DNA of 64,000 bases from Candidatus Nomurabacteria bacterium (GCA_028286645.1 JAQBRF010000004.1:18830-82829), one strand, 5' to 3'. Shown: positions 41,601 to 48,357, counted from the stretch's first letter. Program-made: numbers and translations. Notes: generated by a model not told the origin, from the sequence alone.

Positions 41601-41894
41601 GAAGATGTATGTATTGATAAAACACAGCTTACAAATCTTCTTAATAATTCTGGCCAAGGCGGAGCTCCTGCTTCTATTCAAAACTCTACTTCAACTCCAT
41701 CAGGGGATGTATATGCAAATGATGTAAATCAGGGAACTCTATATTCCTCATCCACTCCTTCAGGCACGCATAGCGGAATGGTAGCCGGCACTTCTACGGA
41801 GGCCATGCCAGCAATTGATACAGCCCCAATTGTAAGTGAACCGGCAAGCGGGGGTGTATCAGTTGCGCCCACAGATGGGGCAGTAACACCATAA
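29640..41894 (+). CDS. Giant secreted fibre-like surface protein (4084 aa). Signal peptide, collagen-like Gly-X-Y stretch, many N/T/S-rich repeats (GNVGIGTTTP-type), C-terminal intramolecular chaperone/peptidase S74-like domain
   Basis: A single uninterrupted ORF. Signal peptide MKKGIKKCGAKVWVIFFTFILISSFSANSSVHA. Collagen-like GSPGPKGPSGVDGKDGLDGMSGQNGANSQGG. Repeats LLSQNNANLFWDNTNARLGVGTTTP recur x4 or more. C-terminal SDERLKDI...NPIRFNYKNESYQHVGFSAQNIASVLPE matches the endosialidase/tail-fibre auto-chaperone. Confidence 0.85.
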   Translation: MKKGIKKCGAKVWVIFFTFILISSFSANSSVHAAESKILNFPVYPLQSVIRFISFKTFSLYSVSSHAYALAHNLPQFAPTKLSAIPSIKTDELSPLLNIGNSASQNTVILSDAVNELGCELVKFIRINLCAGESNFVTPKLAMNKVDNNDLVIDSAIPRQIAIVGEELHSPLIESIKNFALNLNTATVPKQQPYEEIQNDIPDLKFNFPRLAEFSLLPFKQYSSFATGDNKASAQGISVPVKKSTLPFLDRLSLSVFCKIKSLSGVVDENRCSYDSLAGNFLINNLANLNDGNTQPSTLNSSGATSTSTGSSNTPQDTFTNSGNISKPVYITQYLTKYITLAGSPGPKGPSGVDGKDGLDGMSGQNGANSQGGFGGFINPSSSYVAPTPYVAQSLVGISTIGYLRDTTIEYAKFNYGTANNLSLISPTVDNGVFNGTNIFNGGVRFNDNVDINILTATSSNFLNSSTTNSFANNFSAVNSILGDAIITNANVTNSTTTNQSTTNLNLTNGTTSNQFINNLAVINSTTTNASTTNSYISNLLNDNSTTTNLVVTNASTTNATTTNSFISKLWSTLANITDLIIGNATTTNLFAANATSTNFFSTLARITGLTVDNSVTTNATTTNGYISNLTNDNGNIGNLVVTNASTTNGTTTNSYIANLANTNAVITNATTTNSFIARLWSTLGDITGLNTVNLTATNATSTNFFSTLARITGLTVDNSVTTNATTTNSFIANLTADNAVINNINFGSASSTNSTSTNGFIANLTMNNGTSTNFFTQNLSVGNTNVSGNQTINGTFTVLGTTTLGAATTIVGNILLGTSTSNFITVNGLFNSHLVPAQNITYDLGSPSFYYRTLYVDTITANTVSAVSSTINGTTNSSFSINADNVSADAEDSTLVFFRGLVTPNAVIRWNSISKRLEANMSINVMNETPVTGSTTFSVQGGAGQGTTPLFKLLDNSENTLSYFDQNGSLGIGTSTITSGAKVDVWGNLNVGTSSTPTLFANTATGNVGIGTSTPGSTLTVAGTGLFTSNLSTLGTLGVSGQTTLTTASSTAFTATTLFSTTGTIANLINTNATSSNLFASLGTLGALTVTGQTVLSNASTTNLTVSGNLYSTNQITTTETVTNSSTTNQTTSGNTYFSGLTAGSIPFIGGGGLLSQNNANLFWDNTNARLGVGTTTPGALLTVSSSTATGTTGLFSIATSSNPLLSVLANGIIQLKTGRVNNGVQFIGGVGGSLEFTNSASGVFSAQGNGLGQVTWNGTEVDLGNNFGVAGRFNCVSGSCRTSFNSTNFPVATAQNFFKSNADGNIGMIIAQNSVSQTGDLFQLTDSAGTSVLSTFSASGSLGIGSTTPGSKLSITGTSGATTPLFTVASSTNSVIFNVLANGNVGIGTTTPDQKLVVEGNNPAIAINNTGSGSGNFPIFILRHAGADKSYLYWDNANSFTKFSSAGALRFDTNGLGNTNMTLLANGNLGIGTTTPSTKLSVAGNGLFDGVVTASNFVATSTAPSTFTNATITNASTTNTTGTGLTFTNGLFLNSLASNGTLNITGQTVLANASTTNLSISGNLYAPNFLGTTGSFSTLSATNASTTNFTNSNNSYFSALTAGSIPFIGGGGLLSQNNANLFWDNTNARLGVGTTTPIAKLSVSDATNYGNVTADQTKFGSYYLYSPQAVITGTSTAPAGTYIGVNSDLNGSNISLTSSSNFIGTNLSSIKGSVSGSPVVNLNLNANTGLGFVSTAAIEGNANVTPVYISGDQLFFNSYGGQFTNTSGNGVSTTPTSNIYGINASSNSNLARGSHYGGNFIAAGTASSNYGVRVASVSGAGSNYGLMIDTVAASSTNYALYSGALAQSYFAGNVGIGTLSPTGKFSIITSPSGMIDAPAMDILSTHAIGSVTTSGVRTFTMASSTYNPSATLSNSSVSGTNVIIANGNTQNINLNNFTLSDVTGVGARNALTVNGYTATLTGSPVINDTNPDGLGQVITVAGFSGNVSVTPAVTSLVNIGNFNSIAGEFNNTSSDGGSNLSSLAYGIKVSNTATLATANASDLYGGFFNVSGTATNAYGLKVNVIGSTNNHGMLISSVSGGASNYGLRIDTVAASSTNYALYSGALAQSYFSGNLGIGTTSPTEKLSVAGNGLFDGVVTASNFFATSTTPSTFINASTTNLTVSGNLYSTNQITTTETVTNSSTTNQTTSGNSYFSALTSGSIPFIGAGGLLSQNNSNLFWDNTNARLGVGTSTPVNALTVVGNGLLTGSLTVGNGSTNAIVDINGLSSNSALLRFLRSGTEAGRITFANSADMTFQLGSSPAEMMRITSAGNIGIGSTTPGSKLSVTGASGSIAPLFTVASSTNSVLFNVLANGNVGIGTTTPLAALHVTTQVADIAYFNSSISPLGRLFIAARGGPNGEIEIGNHDGAYRLLDVQGSILTFGVSGTEKMRIDASGNIGIGSTTPTAKFTVSGDNGAVSSDSLVVFGDNLNSVTGATTAKLTIGNIDGNSELLIGQDGTHNLVNAWIYNATAASGYGLIAGYGGNNNIVLQRDGGNVGIGATTTPSARLSIKGIGTTTGINFQTTNSSNVPLFSILDNGNVGIGTSSPIANLQIGNTTSASTASPVTLSLGGTFSSVAGANLKLKLFDSGANVYGLGVSANSLDVSSAAALNFYTNASTTPSMTVAATGNVGVGTGAPVSTLNVNQLAGTTKGISITGDETFASGNGSITSGVRIALGVSRANNRQLWLGDIAAYGSSTAGLFRYNTGQTGWGGFDVVSGDGSSRFLTVAGSDTSNVGIGYNGSPVDPTLYTGKLNVFSYNDSAASTTLNLRHFGTASGNYLDIKNSAGTLLATFTNAGNMGIGVTSPTSLLSIASTTASGATGLFSVASSSSIFNILANGNVGIGTTTSIQKLDVNSSTFLANSVNGAYVTSDSAVTNSAYLASNAYYNGSSWQKPFALKSAIFGSAGSGASKGFYIYGSESTTAGTISDFEERFKVLTTGNVIMGVGAGGGNVGVGTTTPSTKLSVAGNGLFDGVVTASNFVATSTTPSTFINASTTNHTNSGNNYFSALTSGSIPFIGAGGLLSQNNANLFWDNTNGRLGVGTTTPGSLLTVSSSTATGTTDLFSVSTSSPIFNILANGNIGIGTTTPTDKLFVSGTFSAGTSTLNNLIVTNTSTSTFAGAVQITKSTVGPTTVLTLKNGQFNVGDTSDILFSHGNLQAFSKISSSLPGSNQTHLAFYTSSNTNSLVEAMRIDGNGKVGIGTSSPANLLHISGNGDSRVMSETTGADTVGTAGFVMKGGGTNAQWQIFTNRSDLAGAADNFAIRKNAGTTGVKLVIQDNGNVGIGTTTPIYSLDVVGNIRTAGAASGFIMNNRATNQTSAQWYSPTAGETRLFDHVAGLDRFTINSSGSVGIGTTTPGNTLSVEGSGNVARFGTSANAFSFIQVDSNNATIKNVFGTDISGTPTGFLGTLTNHDLILRTNNTEKVRITTGGNVGIGVSPALARLQVNDGGGTAASEILSLQTGYAANSAQKALTWRDGVNITGQIDTRYDGTSIDMVFGHLYNSGYNTTDRMVIKGTGNVGIGTLAPFSRLHVAQDVTQYSTSGTFAQLEVTGGTNINQRLAIGYNTSTNVGFIQAIINGVSFQPLALQPLGGNVGIATSTPGQALAVVGTIQQSAAKSCALSSNASGDIICTSDERLKDIAGIYNGGIGQLLSINPIRFNYKNESYQHVGFSAQNIASVLPEGAPIQSNGFYGLDSNAVLALTLNSVKDIAHRIDFSNAPNSASLIIDNLGGIMAKNFMTDTTSSVAERFPAEEAVDVGTVVAFGDSSYSFNDIHASSTDTYSMSGVRKARTQGEAIGVVTSNAGLITGTSSNGGVPVVFSGRTVVQVTNEYGPIQKGDYLTLSTTTPGKATKMSGEGQSLGVAVSADNGSGRILVVLNTGYQKVDTNSRAISTSGMLTTGNLDLNANGVAILNIKSLASANGTWSINEDGRIIAKILCLEDVCIDKTQLTNLLNNSGQGGAPASIQNSTSTPSGDVYANDVNQGTLYSSSTPSGTHSGMVAGTSTEAMPAIDTAPIVSEPASGGVSVAPTDGAVTP

Positions 41895-41941
41895 AATATT
41901 AAATTGCCAAAATACTTTTTGTGGTGTAGAATGTAACAACT

Positions 41942-42139
41942 ATGGTAGTACGAATGAGACATACACGGGCGCATACCGCCAATCGCCGAAGTCATCACGC
42001 GCTTAAGGCTTCTAATTTAGTGACTTGCAAGAACTGTCAGGCTTTTAAGGCGCCGCATAAGGTGTGTGATGCTTGTGGATTTTATAAAGGTAAAAAAGCA
42101 GTGGCAGTTAAATCTAAAAAACAGGTAACAAAGGCATAA
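41942..42139 (+). CDS. rpmF: 50S ribosomal protein L32
   Basis: RRSHHALKA...CKNC...[13 protein letters not shown] pattern. Confidence 0.75.
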   Translation: MVVRMRHTRAHTANRRSHHALKASNLVTCKNCQAFKAPHKVCDACGFYKGKKAVAVKSKKQVTKA

Positions 42140-42227
42140 TCTATACTTATTTAAATGAATCCTGTTCCTTCTCAAACAAATAAATGATAACTAATGACTA
42201 ATAACCATTAACTTAATAACTATCTAC

Positions 42228-43124
42228 ATGAGTACTCGCCACATCGCTCGAACCCTTGCATTACAAACACTCTTCGAACTTGATATGAAAGGGGAATTAG
42301 GTATTTCGCCAAATGAAGTAGAAGGTATAATTGCAAGAAATAGGGATGAGGCTGGAGAAGCGGTTAAGGATCTTTCGTTTGCGAAAGAGGTAGTAACTAA
42401 CGCTCTTTCTAGACGAATTACAATTGATGACATTATTACTCGGGCTGCGCCGGATTGGCCTCTTGATAAAATAGGAATAGTAGACAGAAATATTTTAAGG
42501 CTGGGATTAACTGAACTCCTTTTTGGCGATCGTACTCAGGTGCCTCCTAAAGTGGCTATAGATGAAGCTATAGAGCTTGCGAAAGCATTTGGAGGAGAAA
42601 CTTCCGGCCGATTTGTTAATGGAGTATTAGGGGCAATTTACAAAGAAATGGGTGAGCCAGAAAAAGGACAAACTACGAAAAGCAAGAAAGAGTATTTTGA
42701 AAGCGGAAAAAGAGAATTACTCGCTGGTGCCGTAGTATGCGCTCATCATAATAATAAAGTTCAAGTTGCTCTCGTTCATGACGTATTTGGGTATTGGACT
42801 TTGCCTAAGGGTCATATCGGTCTTGAAGAAAAAGGCGAAGAGGGGGTGGTAAGAGAAATAAAAAAAGAAATTGGATTATATATTACAGTTCTCGAAAAGC
42901 TAGGAGAGAATCAGTACATTGCCAATAAGCCTGATCAAGGGAAAGTAGTTAAGCATGTAAATTATTACCTGGCTACATCAGACTATACCGATCTTCAATT
43001 AGAAAAAAAGGGCGGACTAGACGAAGCGAAATGGTTTAGTGAGATAGATGCTGTAAATTTACGGGTTTATGATGACATAAAACCTCTTATAAGGAATGCT
43101 ATTGATAAGGTAAAAAATGTGTAA
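42228..43124 (+). CDS. nusB: NusB-like N-terminal domain fused to a C-terminal NUDIX hydrolase domain
   Basis: NusB-like residues 1-150 (ARTLALQTLFELD ... RFVNGVLGAI). Nudix box GHIGLEEKGEEGVVREIKKEIGL at residues about 195-220. Confidence 0.6.
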   Translation: MSTRHIARTLALQTLFELDMKGELGISPNEVEGIIARNRDEAGEAVKDLSFAKEVVTNALSRRITIDDIITRAAPDWPLDKIGIVDRNILRLGLTELLFGDRTQVPPKVAIDEAIELAKAFGGETSGRFVNGVLGAIYKEMGEPEKGQTTKSKKEYFESGKRELLAGAVVCAHHNNKVQVALVHDVFGYWTLPKGHIGLEEKGEEGVVREIKKEIGLYITVLEKLGENQYIANKPDQGKVVKHVNYYLATSDYTDLQLEKKGGLDEAKWFSEIDAVNLRVYDDIKPLIRNAIDKVKNV

Positions 43125-43133
43125 GCTGAAAAT

Positions 43134-43823
43134 ATGACCATAGAAGAATTTAAGGAAAGAAATAAAATAAGTTTTAAAAATGACAAACTGCTGGAGCAGG
43201 CTTTTATTCATCGAAGCTATATTAATGAAAGCGGCAGAACAGGTCTTAATCATAATGAAAGACTGGAATTCTTGGGGGATGCTGTGCTTGAACTTATTGT
43301 TACGGAATATTTATATGAAACTTATCCTAATCAAAATGAAGGAGACTTGACTGCGTACAGGTCAGCGCTAGTGAATGCGGTAACGCTCGGGGAAGTGGCT
43401 TCTTATTTATCATTTAATGACATGATGAGGCTCTCAAAAGGGGAGGCGAAAGATGTAACAAGGGCGAGATCTTCTATTTTAGCTGATGCATATGAAGCAT
43501 TTATCGGAGCTCTTTATTTAGATCAGGGTTATGCAGCTTCAAAGGAATTTATAAAAAATACAATACTTATAAAAACAGAGGATATTATAAAAAATGGCCT
43601 TTATAAAGATGCTAAAAGTTTAGTTCAAGAGAGGGCGCAAGATATTTACAGTGTTACTCCATTTTATAAGCTGCTGGATGAAGAGGGGCCAGATCATGAT
43701 AAGAGGTTCACTGTCGGTATATTTTTTGGAGATGAAAAGGTAGCAGAAGGCGCCGGTAAAAGTAAGCAAGAAGCAGAAACTCTTGCAGCAAGAGAGGCAA
43801 TAAAAATTAAGAATTGGAAATAG
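43134..43823 (+). CDS. rnc: Ribonuclease III
   Basis: ERLEFLGDAVLEL signature and a C-terminal dsRBD. Confidence 0.85.
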   Translation: MTIEEFKERNKISFKNDKLLEQAFIHRSYINESGRTGLNHNERLEFLGDAVLELIVTEYLYETYPNQNEGDLTAYRSALVNAVTLGEVASYLSFNDMMRLSKGEAKDVTRARSSILADAYEAFIGALYLDQGYAASKEFIKNTILIKTEDIIKNGLYKDAKSLVQERAQDIYSVTPFYKLLDEEGPDHDKRFTVGIFFGDEKVAEGAGKSKQEAETLAAREAIKIKNWK

Positions 43824-43917
43824 CAGAGAATAATTTAAGGTTAATTTAAGGTAATAAAGAAAAATCCGCCTGTAAGGGCGGATTTTTCTTTATTACCTAG
43901 TCTCTTCTTCTACTTGA

Positions 43918-44232
43918 TTAGTATGCGCGACGTGGGCGATCTTCACGAGGAGCTAGTGGTCTTGCAATGTTAACTGTAAGACGACGTCCTTGGAAGTCCT
44001 GATCGTGAAACATCTGGATAGCCTTCATAGCTTCATCCTCAGATGACATTTCAACGAAGCCGAAGCCTTTTGAACGATTTGTCATCTTATCGATAATAAT
44101 TTGAGCGGAAACTACATTTCCAGCTGGTGCAAAGTGGTTCTTTAGATCATCATTTGTTGATGTATAAGGGATGCCACCTACGTATAGTTTTGCGTTTGAA
44201 TTTGCCGCAGAACTGTTATTTGTTGGATTCAT
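43918..44232 (-). CDS. RRM-type RNA-binding protein
   Basis: RNP-2 KLYVGGI and RNP-1 KGFGFVEM. A Gly/Arg tail. Confidence 0.7.
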   Translation of the reverse strand: MNPTNNSSAANSNAKLYVGGIPYTSTNDDLKNHFAPAGNVVSAQIIIDKMTNRSKGFGFVEMSSEDEAMKAIQMFHDQDFQGRRLTVNIARPLAPREDRPRRAY

Positions 44233-44463
44233 TTATTTTTAGAAACTAATTATTAACAATAAGCCCTGGCACACATTCATACAAGTAATCTTGATAGAAA
44301 CGTTACAGTTGCTTACTTTATGTCTATTCTACAACATTACCACTCTTTTGTCCATCAATTCCTATAAAAGGCTTGTTTATAAAGGGAACTTGACTTTTTA
44401 ACATAAAAGTAGCACAATATCTTACGAGCTTCGTAAACCTGTAGTACCTCTGGAGGAGGTCGC

Positions 44464-44625
44464 ATGTCGGCGAACATTTGCACCCAAGGCGAACACGAAA
44501 AGAAGGATGAGGTGGGGGGCAAGACCCCTTATCACTGTGAGGTCTCTGACCTCTATGCGCGGTATTTTTTGGCGGTATGTGCCGCCTGCCTCCTCGCGGA
44601 TCACCTTCTTCCGCATGTCGGTTGA
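44464..44625 (+). CDS. Putative small Cys/His-containing protein (53 aa) in an isolated high-GC patch. Not in the ORF track because it is under 60 aa
   Basis: Strong SD GGAGGAGGtcgcATG. Translation MSANICTQGEHEKKDEVGGKTPYHCEVSDLYARYFLAVCAACLLADHLLPHVG. Followed by the bidirectional terminator at 44650-44680. Confidence 0.3.
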   Translation: MSANICTQGEHEKKDEVGGKTPYHCEVSDLYARYFLAVCAACLLADHLLPHVG

Positions 44626-44649
44626 GCTACTCATCCGAGGTAGCCAAAA

Positions 44650-44680
44650 CAACAAGGTCCCGCTCTAGCGAAGCGGGCCT
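44650..44680 (-). terminator. Terminator of the ABC-F gene (GCCCGCT..AGCGGGaC + T-rich tail); bidirectional
   Basis: Seen in sequence. Confidence 0.5.
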
Positions 44681-46156
44681 TTATAATTTTCCTAAATCAA
44701 GCGTTTCGGTAACTCCTATATCTTTTACGAATTCATCCACGTGAGAAACTATAATCATGGGTCCCGCATAATTTTTTAAAGCTTCAGCTATCACCGGTAT
44801 ATGCCGGAAGTTAATGTGGTTAGTCGGTTCATCCAAAATCAATAGTCCAGGTTTTAGTAACCGTAAATATGCAAACATCAAAAGCCCTTTCTGTCCTTCA
44901 GATAATAATCCAATCTTTGCCTTTAATTGCTCGCTGCCCAGAAGCATGCTTGCGGCAGTCTTTCTAAGCAATTGATCATCCAGCTTCTTTAAAACTTTTG
45001 CAAGTTCCTCATAGGATGATTTATCGAAGTCGAGCGTAGAAAAGTCTTGCCGGTAATAACCTATATTGATACCATCCTGCACTTCAACGCCTTTTTCTTT
45101 TCTATTGGCTATCTTTTCAAGCAGAGTTGTTTTTCCGATTCCATTTGGTCCGATGATATGAAGCTTGTCGCCCTTTCTTAATTCGATAGACACATCTCTT
45201 TTTACTGGTTTGCCATTATGAAGCACTTCTACAGAATTAAATTTAACGATGACGCTGCCGATGTCTTCCTGAGTTTCTATGGCAAAGGGGCGAATAGTTC
45301 TGTCTTCTTTTCTTACATCAACTTTGTTTTCTTCCATTTCTTCGGCTTCCTCTTTTAATTTAGCTGCGAGTTTTCTCATCTTTCCTCCTTTATGAGCGAA
45401 GAAATTTACCTTATCTTTATTTTCCTGTATTTCTTTTTCTAATTGCGAGTTGGCTCTTTGTTCGCGCTCTACCTGTCTTTTTATATCTTCTACCACTTTA
45501 TAGTAATTCCCTATATATTGCTCAACTTTAAAGTTTTGAGTATTTATATATAAAACTCCATGAGTAAATGAGTTTAAGAAAGCTTCATCATGGGAAATAA
45601 CTATCACTGTTCCAGGATAGTTTTTCATAAAGTTCGTAAGCAGCTCCACGCCGGCTTTATCTAAATTGTTAGTGGGTTCATCAAGAAGCAGTATGTCTGG
45701 CTTTTGTATGAGGGCCTGGGCGATGAGCAATCTTCCTTTTTGTCCGCCAGAAAGCTTCCTAATAGGGGAATCAAGTTCTACATAAAGCTTAAGGGTTTCA
45801 AACATAAGTTTGGCGCGCTTGTCTATGTCGTAAATTTTTTCAGGAAATGGCTTTTCTAAAAACTCCCGCACCGTCATGCTCCATTCATCATGTGGAATAA
45901 ATTGCTTAGCTATAGCCACATTCAAACCTTGTCCTATTAGTATTCTTCCTTCCTCTGGCTTCCTTTCTTTTGTGATTAGAGAAAATAAAGTAGATTTCCC
46001 TGATCCATTTGGTCCCATTAAGGTAAGCTTGGTTCCTTTACGCACAACAAAGTTCGTCTCCTTGAGAATTGGTTTGTTTTCTCCAAAGTTAAAAGACAAA
46101 TCTTCAAATCGAAGAACTGCTTCACCTCCAGAAGGAATTTGCTTTTCTACTGCCAT
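44681..46156 (-). CDS. ABC-F family ATPase (two ABC domains, no TMD), putative translation/antibiotic-resistance factor
   Basis: Two Walker A motifs (GPNGSGKST and GPNGIGKTT) and two signatures (LSGGQKGRL and LSEGQKGLL). Confidence 0.8.
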   Translation of the reverse strand: MAVEKQIPSGGEAVLRFEDLSFNFGENKPILKETNFVVRKGTKLTLMGPNGSGKSTLFSLITKERKPEEGRILIGQGLNVAIAKQFIPHDEWSMTVREFLEKPFPEKIYDIDKRAKLMFETLKLYVELDSPIRKLSGGQKGRLLIAQALIQKPDILLLDEPTNNLDKAGVELLTNFMKNYPGTVIVISHDEAFLNSFTHGVLYINTQNFKVEQYIGNYYKVVEDIKRQVEREQRANSQLEKEIQENKDKVNFFAHKGGKMRKLAAKLKEEAEEMEENKVDVRKEDRTIRPFAIETQEDIGSVIVKFNSVEVLHNGKPVKRDVSIELRKGDKLHIIGPNGIGKTTLLEKIANRKEKGVEVQDGINIGYYRQDFSTLDFDKSSYEELAKVLKKLDDQLLRKTAASMLLGSEQLKAKIGLLSEGQKGLLMFAYLRLLKPGLLILDEPTNHINFRHIPVIAEALKNYAGPMIIVSHVDEFVKDIGVTETLDLGKL

Positions 46157-46246
46157 AAATTAAATAAAGGCCCTCATGGGCGTTTGTTGCCTAATTGTAC
46201 AATAATTTTACATTTTTGTCACATTCATTATAATGAATAGATCCCT

Positions 46247-47113
46247 ATGCAACCTCAAGAGCCTATTAAGGACATCGTGGTCATTTACCATGCGTACTGC
46301 ATTGATGGTTTCGGCGCGGCTTGGGCGGCCTGGAAAAGACTAGGCGACACTGCTACTTATATTCCCGCTCTCTACAGAGATGAATTCCCGGAAGGAATAG
46401 TAGAAAAAGAAGTATATATACTTGATTTCTGCTTTAAGGCAGATATCACCAAGGACCTAGCTCTTAAGAACAAAAAGTTAGTTTTAATAGATCACCACGT
46501 TAGTGAAAAAGATATTATAGAAAGTGTAGAGAATCATAAATTTGCGCTTGATAAGTCAGCGGCTAAATTGACATGGGAATATTTCCATCCCAATATTCCG
46601 GTTCCTGAGCTTATAGAATATATTTCAGATAGCGATATGACGGAACATACGCTCCCTAATTGGCGAGAAGTAGAGGAATATATTTACGCTCAAGACTATT
46701 CATTTGAAAGTTATGATGATGTATATTATGAGTTAGAAAAAAACAAAAAGGGGATTGTAAAAATTGGCACTGCCCTTGCTAAACAAATAGATAAGGTGGT
46801 AGACAGGCATATAGAAAAAGCAAGGTTAGTAAGCTTTGAAGGATATGAAGTATATGCCTGCAACGCCCCCACCATAATACTTGATAAATTAGGAGAGAAA
46901 TTAAATGAGAAAAAAGGCCCGTTTACTATTTTATATAGATTTGAAAGAGATAATTTAAGAGTATTATTTAGGGGAAATGGGACCGTGGATGTATCCAAGA
47001 TCGCCAAAAAGTACGGAGGAGGGGGACATCATGATTCTGCGGGCATTAGATTCAAAGATAAATTCCCATTATCATTTCTTCTCAGTGGAGAAAAAGATAG
47101 CGCCAATCTTTAA
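46247..47113 (+). CDS. DHH/DHHA1 phosphoesterase (NrnA-like nanoRNase / pAp phosphatase)
   Basis: DHH motif (LIDHHV) and GGGH motif (YGGGGHHDSAG). Confidence 0.65.
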   Translation: MQPQEPIKDIVVIYHAYCIDGFGAAWAAWKRLGDTATYIPALYRDEFPEGIVEKEVYILDFCFKADITKDLALKNKKLVLIDHHVSEKDIIESVENHKFALDKSAAKLTWEYFHPNIPVPELIEYISDSDMTEHTLPNWREVEEYIYAQDYSFESYDDVYYELEKNKKGIVKIGTALAKQIDKVVDRHIEKARLVSFEGYEVYACNAPTIILDKLGEKLNEKKGPFTILYRFERDNLRVLFRGNGTVDVSKIAKKYGGGGHHDSAGIRFKDKFPLSFLLSGEKDSANL

Positions 47114-47158
47114 AATAAGAAAATCTAAAGATAAAGTTTGTGCTAGAATATATTTATT

Positions 47159-47737
47159 ATGGTATCTATTGATTGTGAAATGACAGGGCTAAATCCTGAG
47201 CGATCAGCTATTGTTTCTATCGGCGCTATTGATCTACAGAAGCCTGAAAGAAGAATTTATATAGAAATGCAGCCATTTGAAGGGGCTGATATTAATGATG
47301 AGTCTATTGCCATCTGTGGTTATACACGAGAGGCCTTGGCAAATATAAAACTTAGTCAAAAGGAAGGGCTTACACTGCTGAAGCAGTTTTTAGATGAAAG
47401 TAACGAAAGAAATGTGGTTGGTCAAAATGTTACATTCGATGTGCTTTTTCTAAATTATTCATTCATGAGAGAAGGAGTGGATTGTAAAATTCCTTATCGA
47501 GTTTTAGATTTGCATAGCATGGTTTGTTCAAAGCTTATTTTATCTGGTAAGCAAGTTCCTATAGAAGATAGAAAATCTACATTAAATTTAGATGGCCTTT
47601 TAAATATGTCTGGTATTCCTGAGGAACCGAAACCGCACAATGCCTTAACTGGAGCCTTATCGGCGGCAGAAGTATATTTTAGATTAATCGAAGGCAGAGC
47701 CGTACTTCCAGAATTCAAAGAATATTCTATCCAATAA
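47159..47737 (+). CDS. DEDDh 3'-5' exonuclease (DnaQ/oligoribonuclease-like)
   Basis: Exo I VSIDCEMTGL. Exo III H...L.GALSAAEVYF. Confidence 0.6.
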   Translation: MVSIDCEMTGLNPERSAIVSIGAIDLQKPERRIYIEMQPFEGADINDESIAICGYTREALANIKLSQKEGLTLLKQFLDESNERNVVGQNVTFDVLFLNYSFMREGVDCKIPYRVLDLHSMVCSKLILSGKQVPIEDRKSTLNLDGLLNMSGIPEEPKPHNALTGALSAAEVYFRLIEGRAVLPEFKEYSIQ

Positions 47738-47849
47738 AGTGATAAGTATCTATTAATAAAAGAGTTTCGTTAGTAGGGTTGATCCATCCAAACTAAATAT
47801 CTGTGGACATAAAATAGGCAGAAAAACTCCTAAGCTATATACTGAAAAT

Positions 47850-48317
47850 ATGAATTCATATCAATTAGGGGTAGTGGCGCTTCTTGTTATTTTCGCAGGA
47901 AGTATTTTTTATTATATTAATGGCACAGATAGCGCTGGGGTGCTTCAAAGTGCAGTAGGAAAAGCTGAAGTTACCACTCAGCCGATAGCAATTGAGTCTG
48001 TTTACGGAAACTATGAATGCAATATTGACTCAGGATGTAAAAATCCATATACATTAAGTTTAATAGAAGATAATTCGGCTATTGTGACAACTTCATATAA
48101 TGACGGAGTAGAAGTCAGAAAGGAAAGCGGGTCGTGGAAGTTAGAAGATGACAATTCTATAACGATTCTTCTGAATGAATCAAATGCCGGTCCATATGAC
48201 ACTCCTCACATCATTACGACTAAACCCGCGGGAAAGAATCTGGTATCCCTTACATTGGCTGCGTATGATAGGAAGTTTTACGATGATATGATAAAGCCTT
48301 TGTTTATTAAAAGATAA
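47850..48317 (+). CDS. Hypothetical secreted/membrane-anchored protein
   Basis: N-terminal TM. No motif. Confidence 0.35.
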   Translation: MNSYQLGVVALLVIFAGSIFYYINGTDSAGVLQSAVGKAEVTTQPIAIESVYGNYECNIDSGCKNPYTLSLIEDNSAIVTTSYNDGVEVRKESGSWKLEDDNSITILLNESNAGPYDTPHIITTKPAGKNLVSLTLAAYDRKFYDDMIKPLFIKR

Positions 48318-48357
48318 ATTTCAGGGCAAAACGCCTGCCTTTTGTTATACTATATTT

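Noticed and set aside
44422-44655. 77-aa minus-strand ORF in the high-GC patch
   Set aside because: It has no SD or promoter and is antisense to a better-supported small ORF with a strong SD. It probably reflects a GC-rich frame artefact.
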